A stretch of DNA of 25,397 nucleotides, from the IMG/VR virus record IMGVR_UViG_3300037296_000154, positions 1 to 25,397 of that record. One strand, given 5' to 3'. The first letter of the stretch is position 1. Each line of letters opens with the position of its first letter. Positions 23,782-25,397 of the stretch are shown in pieces. The notes beneath the pieces are model-generated. The model was not told the origin of the DNA. It did not search any database and was given only the letters and a program-made list of their open reading frames with translations. The position numbers and the translations under genes were made by a program. The stretch comes from a virus. Taxonomy: Duplodnaviria; Caudoviricetes.

Positions 23782-23915
23782 GTTACAGCTTCACTGGGTT
23801 TATCCAGTACGGAGCACTCGAGACTACTACTAGTGAGTAGCCAGCCCATAATTGGCGATGACAAGCCCTATGGCGCTGCTGATAGCCCTCTTTTTTGGAG
23901 GGCTTTGTCATTTTT
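23782..23915 (+). ncRNA. Candidate structured small RNA (~130 nt) downstream of the PemK/MazF-like gene
   Basis: Between promoter and intrinsic terminator; two hairpins, a possible H-type pseudoknot and a 5'/3' closing stem; no convincing ORF. Confidence 0.55.
23884..23915 (+). terminator. Intrinsic terminator
   Basis: AGCCCTC-TTTTTTG-GAGGGCT followed by TTGTCATTTTT. Confidence 0.7.
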
Positions 23916-23967
23916 AGCATTCCCTTAAAGTTTCTACATCCCTCAAAATTCTCATTGATAGGCCTTT

Positions 23968-24990
23968 ATGTCAGTTAGAAATCTAAAAGACGGTAGCGAT
24001 AAACCTTGGAAGTTAGATCTTCGCCTTGGTGGTCGTGATGGCAAACGTATCAGAAAAGTCTTTGCCACAAAGGGCGAGACAATCGCTTATGAAACTTTTG
24101 TATTAAAACAGGTAGACGATAAACCGTGGCTTGGTGAAAAGGAAGATCCCCGCAAACTATCTGAATTGATTAAACGTTGGTATGACTTGCACGGCCAGCA
24201 ACTAGCCCAGCCGCAATCGCGTTTAAGAAAGTTAGAACTGACTTGCTTTGGTATGGGAGACCCAATAGCCAGCAAGATGACAGTCAATGATTTTGCCAGT
24301 TATCGACAAATGCGACTGGATGGTGAGATAGAAGATTTTCAAGGTAAGAAAAACAAAGTAAAGCCAAACACAATCAATCACGAACATGCCTACTTAAATG
24401 CGGTGTTTAGCGAATTAAAACGCCTTGGCGAATGGACTTTACCCAATCCACTGGACGGTTTACCTCAATTCAAAATTGAAGATACCGAACTGGCCTATCT
24501 CTACCCAGAAGAAATCCCCATTGTGTTGGCCGAATGTCGCAATGCAGAATATGAACACCTGGTAACGATTGTCATGGTTTGCTTGGCAACAGGCTGCAGA
24601 TGGTCAGAAGCCGAAAACCTCAAAGGCAGTCAAATAGCACACAACCGGATTACCTTTGTAAAAACTAAAGGGAAGAAAAACCGAACTGTACCCATAGCCC
24701 AAGGGTTAGCCGACTTGTTACCCCGCGTTCGTGGTCCATTATTCAGACCATGCCGAAGATCATTCGAACGAGCAATAAAACGAACCGGCTTAGTTTTCCC
24801 AGACGGACAAATGACCCACATATTGCGTCATACATTCGCCAGTCATTTTATGATGAACGGTGGTAACATTTTAGTGTTAAGACAAATCTTAGGCCATGCT
24901 GACATTAAAGACACCATGCGTTACGCCCACTTTGCACCCGATCACTTAGACGACGCCATAACCAAAAACCCAATAGCCAATCTATTATAA
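23968..24990 (+). CDS. int: Tyrosine recombinase phage integrase (HP1/186-type)
   Basis: Catalytic set: TGCRWSE (R), KTKGKK (K), HILRHTFASHF (HxxR), ILGH, TMRYAH (Y). Confidence 0.96.
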   Translation: MSVRNLKDGSDKPWKLDLRLGGRDGKRIRKVFATKGETIAYETFVLKQVDDKPWLGEKEDPRKLSELIKRWYDLHGQQLAQPQSRLRKLELTCFGMGDPIASKMTVNDFASYRQMRLDGEIEDFQGKKNKVKPNTINHEHAYLNAVFSELKRLGEWTLPNPLDGLPQFKIEDTELAYLYPEEIPIVLAECRNAEYEHLVTIVMVCLATGCRWSEAENLKGSQIAHNRITFVKTKGKKNRTVPIAQGLADLLPRVRGPLFRPCRRSFERAIKRTGLVFPDGQMTHILRHTFASHFMMNGGNILVLRQILGHADIKDTMRYAHFAPDHLDDAITKNPIANLL

Positions 24991-25100
24991 ATGTCCACAA
25001 ATTGCCCACGCAGCGCGCGGAACACCACAAGAACCAGCCAACAATCAACACTTAACCTTTTGTTTTAACTGTAAACCTTTGATTTGCAACCCCCACAATT

Positions 25101-25148
25101 AGAATGTAGGCTTTCTGGACGCGGGTTCAAGTCCCGCCGCCTCCACCA
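25101..25148 (+). other. ssrA: att core: duplicated 3' end of tmRNA (ssrA), prophage right boundary
   Basis: ATGTAG...GGACGCGGGTTCAAGTCCCGCCGCCTCCACCA gives the T-arm and acceptor 3' strand with U for the G3-U70 pair and CCA; the 5' part of the gene is absent upstream. Confidence 0.88.
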
Positions 25149-25156
25149 ATTTATAG

Positions 25157-25190
25157 AAGGGCTTAGCAGCAATGCTAAGCCCTTTTTGTT
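25157..25190 (+). terminator. Intrinsic terminator (native ssrA terminator)
   Basis: AAGGGCTTAGCA-GCAA-TGCTAAGCCCTT followed by TTTGTTT. Confidence 0.9.
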
Positions 25191-25397
25191 TGTCTATTTT
25201 TGGGTGGCAACATTTTATACTTCGATTAACTGGTCGTAATCATTCAACTTAAAAATAACATCAACGTCGCGGCGCTTCGCCCACACCCGACCAAGAAGGG
25301 AAAAACTGCTTTCCCCTCTTGGATCACCCCAGCAGCTCCGACAAAGTGTTGATCCTCATAGCGATAATAAAAATCGCCTAACGGCTCAGATGGTACA

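Larger units (their letters stand above)
1..25148. mobile_element. P2-like (HP1/K139/186-type) temperate prophage, right portion, integrated at the 3' end of ssrA; continues beyond the left edge
   Basis: Gene order tail-lysis-head-terminase-portal-ogr-rep A-cII-cox-cI-int, followed by an isolated tmRNA 3' fragment (att core). Confidence 0.96.

Noticed and set aside
25101-25148. Complete tRNA or complete tmRNA gene
   Set aside because: Only the T-arm and acceptor 3' strand are present; no 5' GGGG acceptor strand or D/anticodon arms upstream

Overview
Almost the whole window (1..~25148) is the right-hand ~25 kb of a temperate P2-like (HP1/K139/186-type, Peduoviridae-like) prophage of a gammaproteobacterium, probably Shewanella (inferred from the tmRNA acceptor-stem sequence). 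It is integrated at the 3' end of the tmRNA gene (ssrA). From left to right: tape measure N-terminus, tail chaperone with a -1 frameshift extension, an atypical lysis cassette (pesticin-type muramidase), a TraR/DksA zinc finger, tail tube and sheath, head/tail completion genes, small terminase, a heptad-repeat ORF, capsid and scaffold (all minus strand); large terminase and portal (plus); an AT-rich AAA-ATPase + TOPRIM/RloB-like cassette in the A-Q accessory hotspot; ogr with a LexA box; replication gene A and the early operon, cII, cox and cI; three accessory genes (WYL-TM-periplasmic fusion, 2-TM protein, orphan PemK/MazF-like RNase); a promoter-to-terminator structured ncRNA candidate; integrase; att core (ssrA 3' end) and host terminator. 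The most notable observations are (i) the orphan PemK/MazF toxin followed by a self-contained, pseudoknot-capable small RNA, a candidate RNA-antitoxin system; (ii) a small terminase apparently made by a programmed -1 frameshift (A AAA AAG) from an upstream coiled-coil ORF; (iii) the ATPase/TOPRIM anti-phage candidate; and (iv) a membrane-spanning WYL protein. All family calls come from motif recognition by eye; no database search was run.
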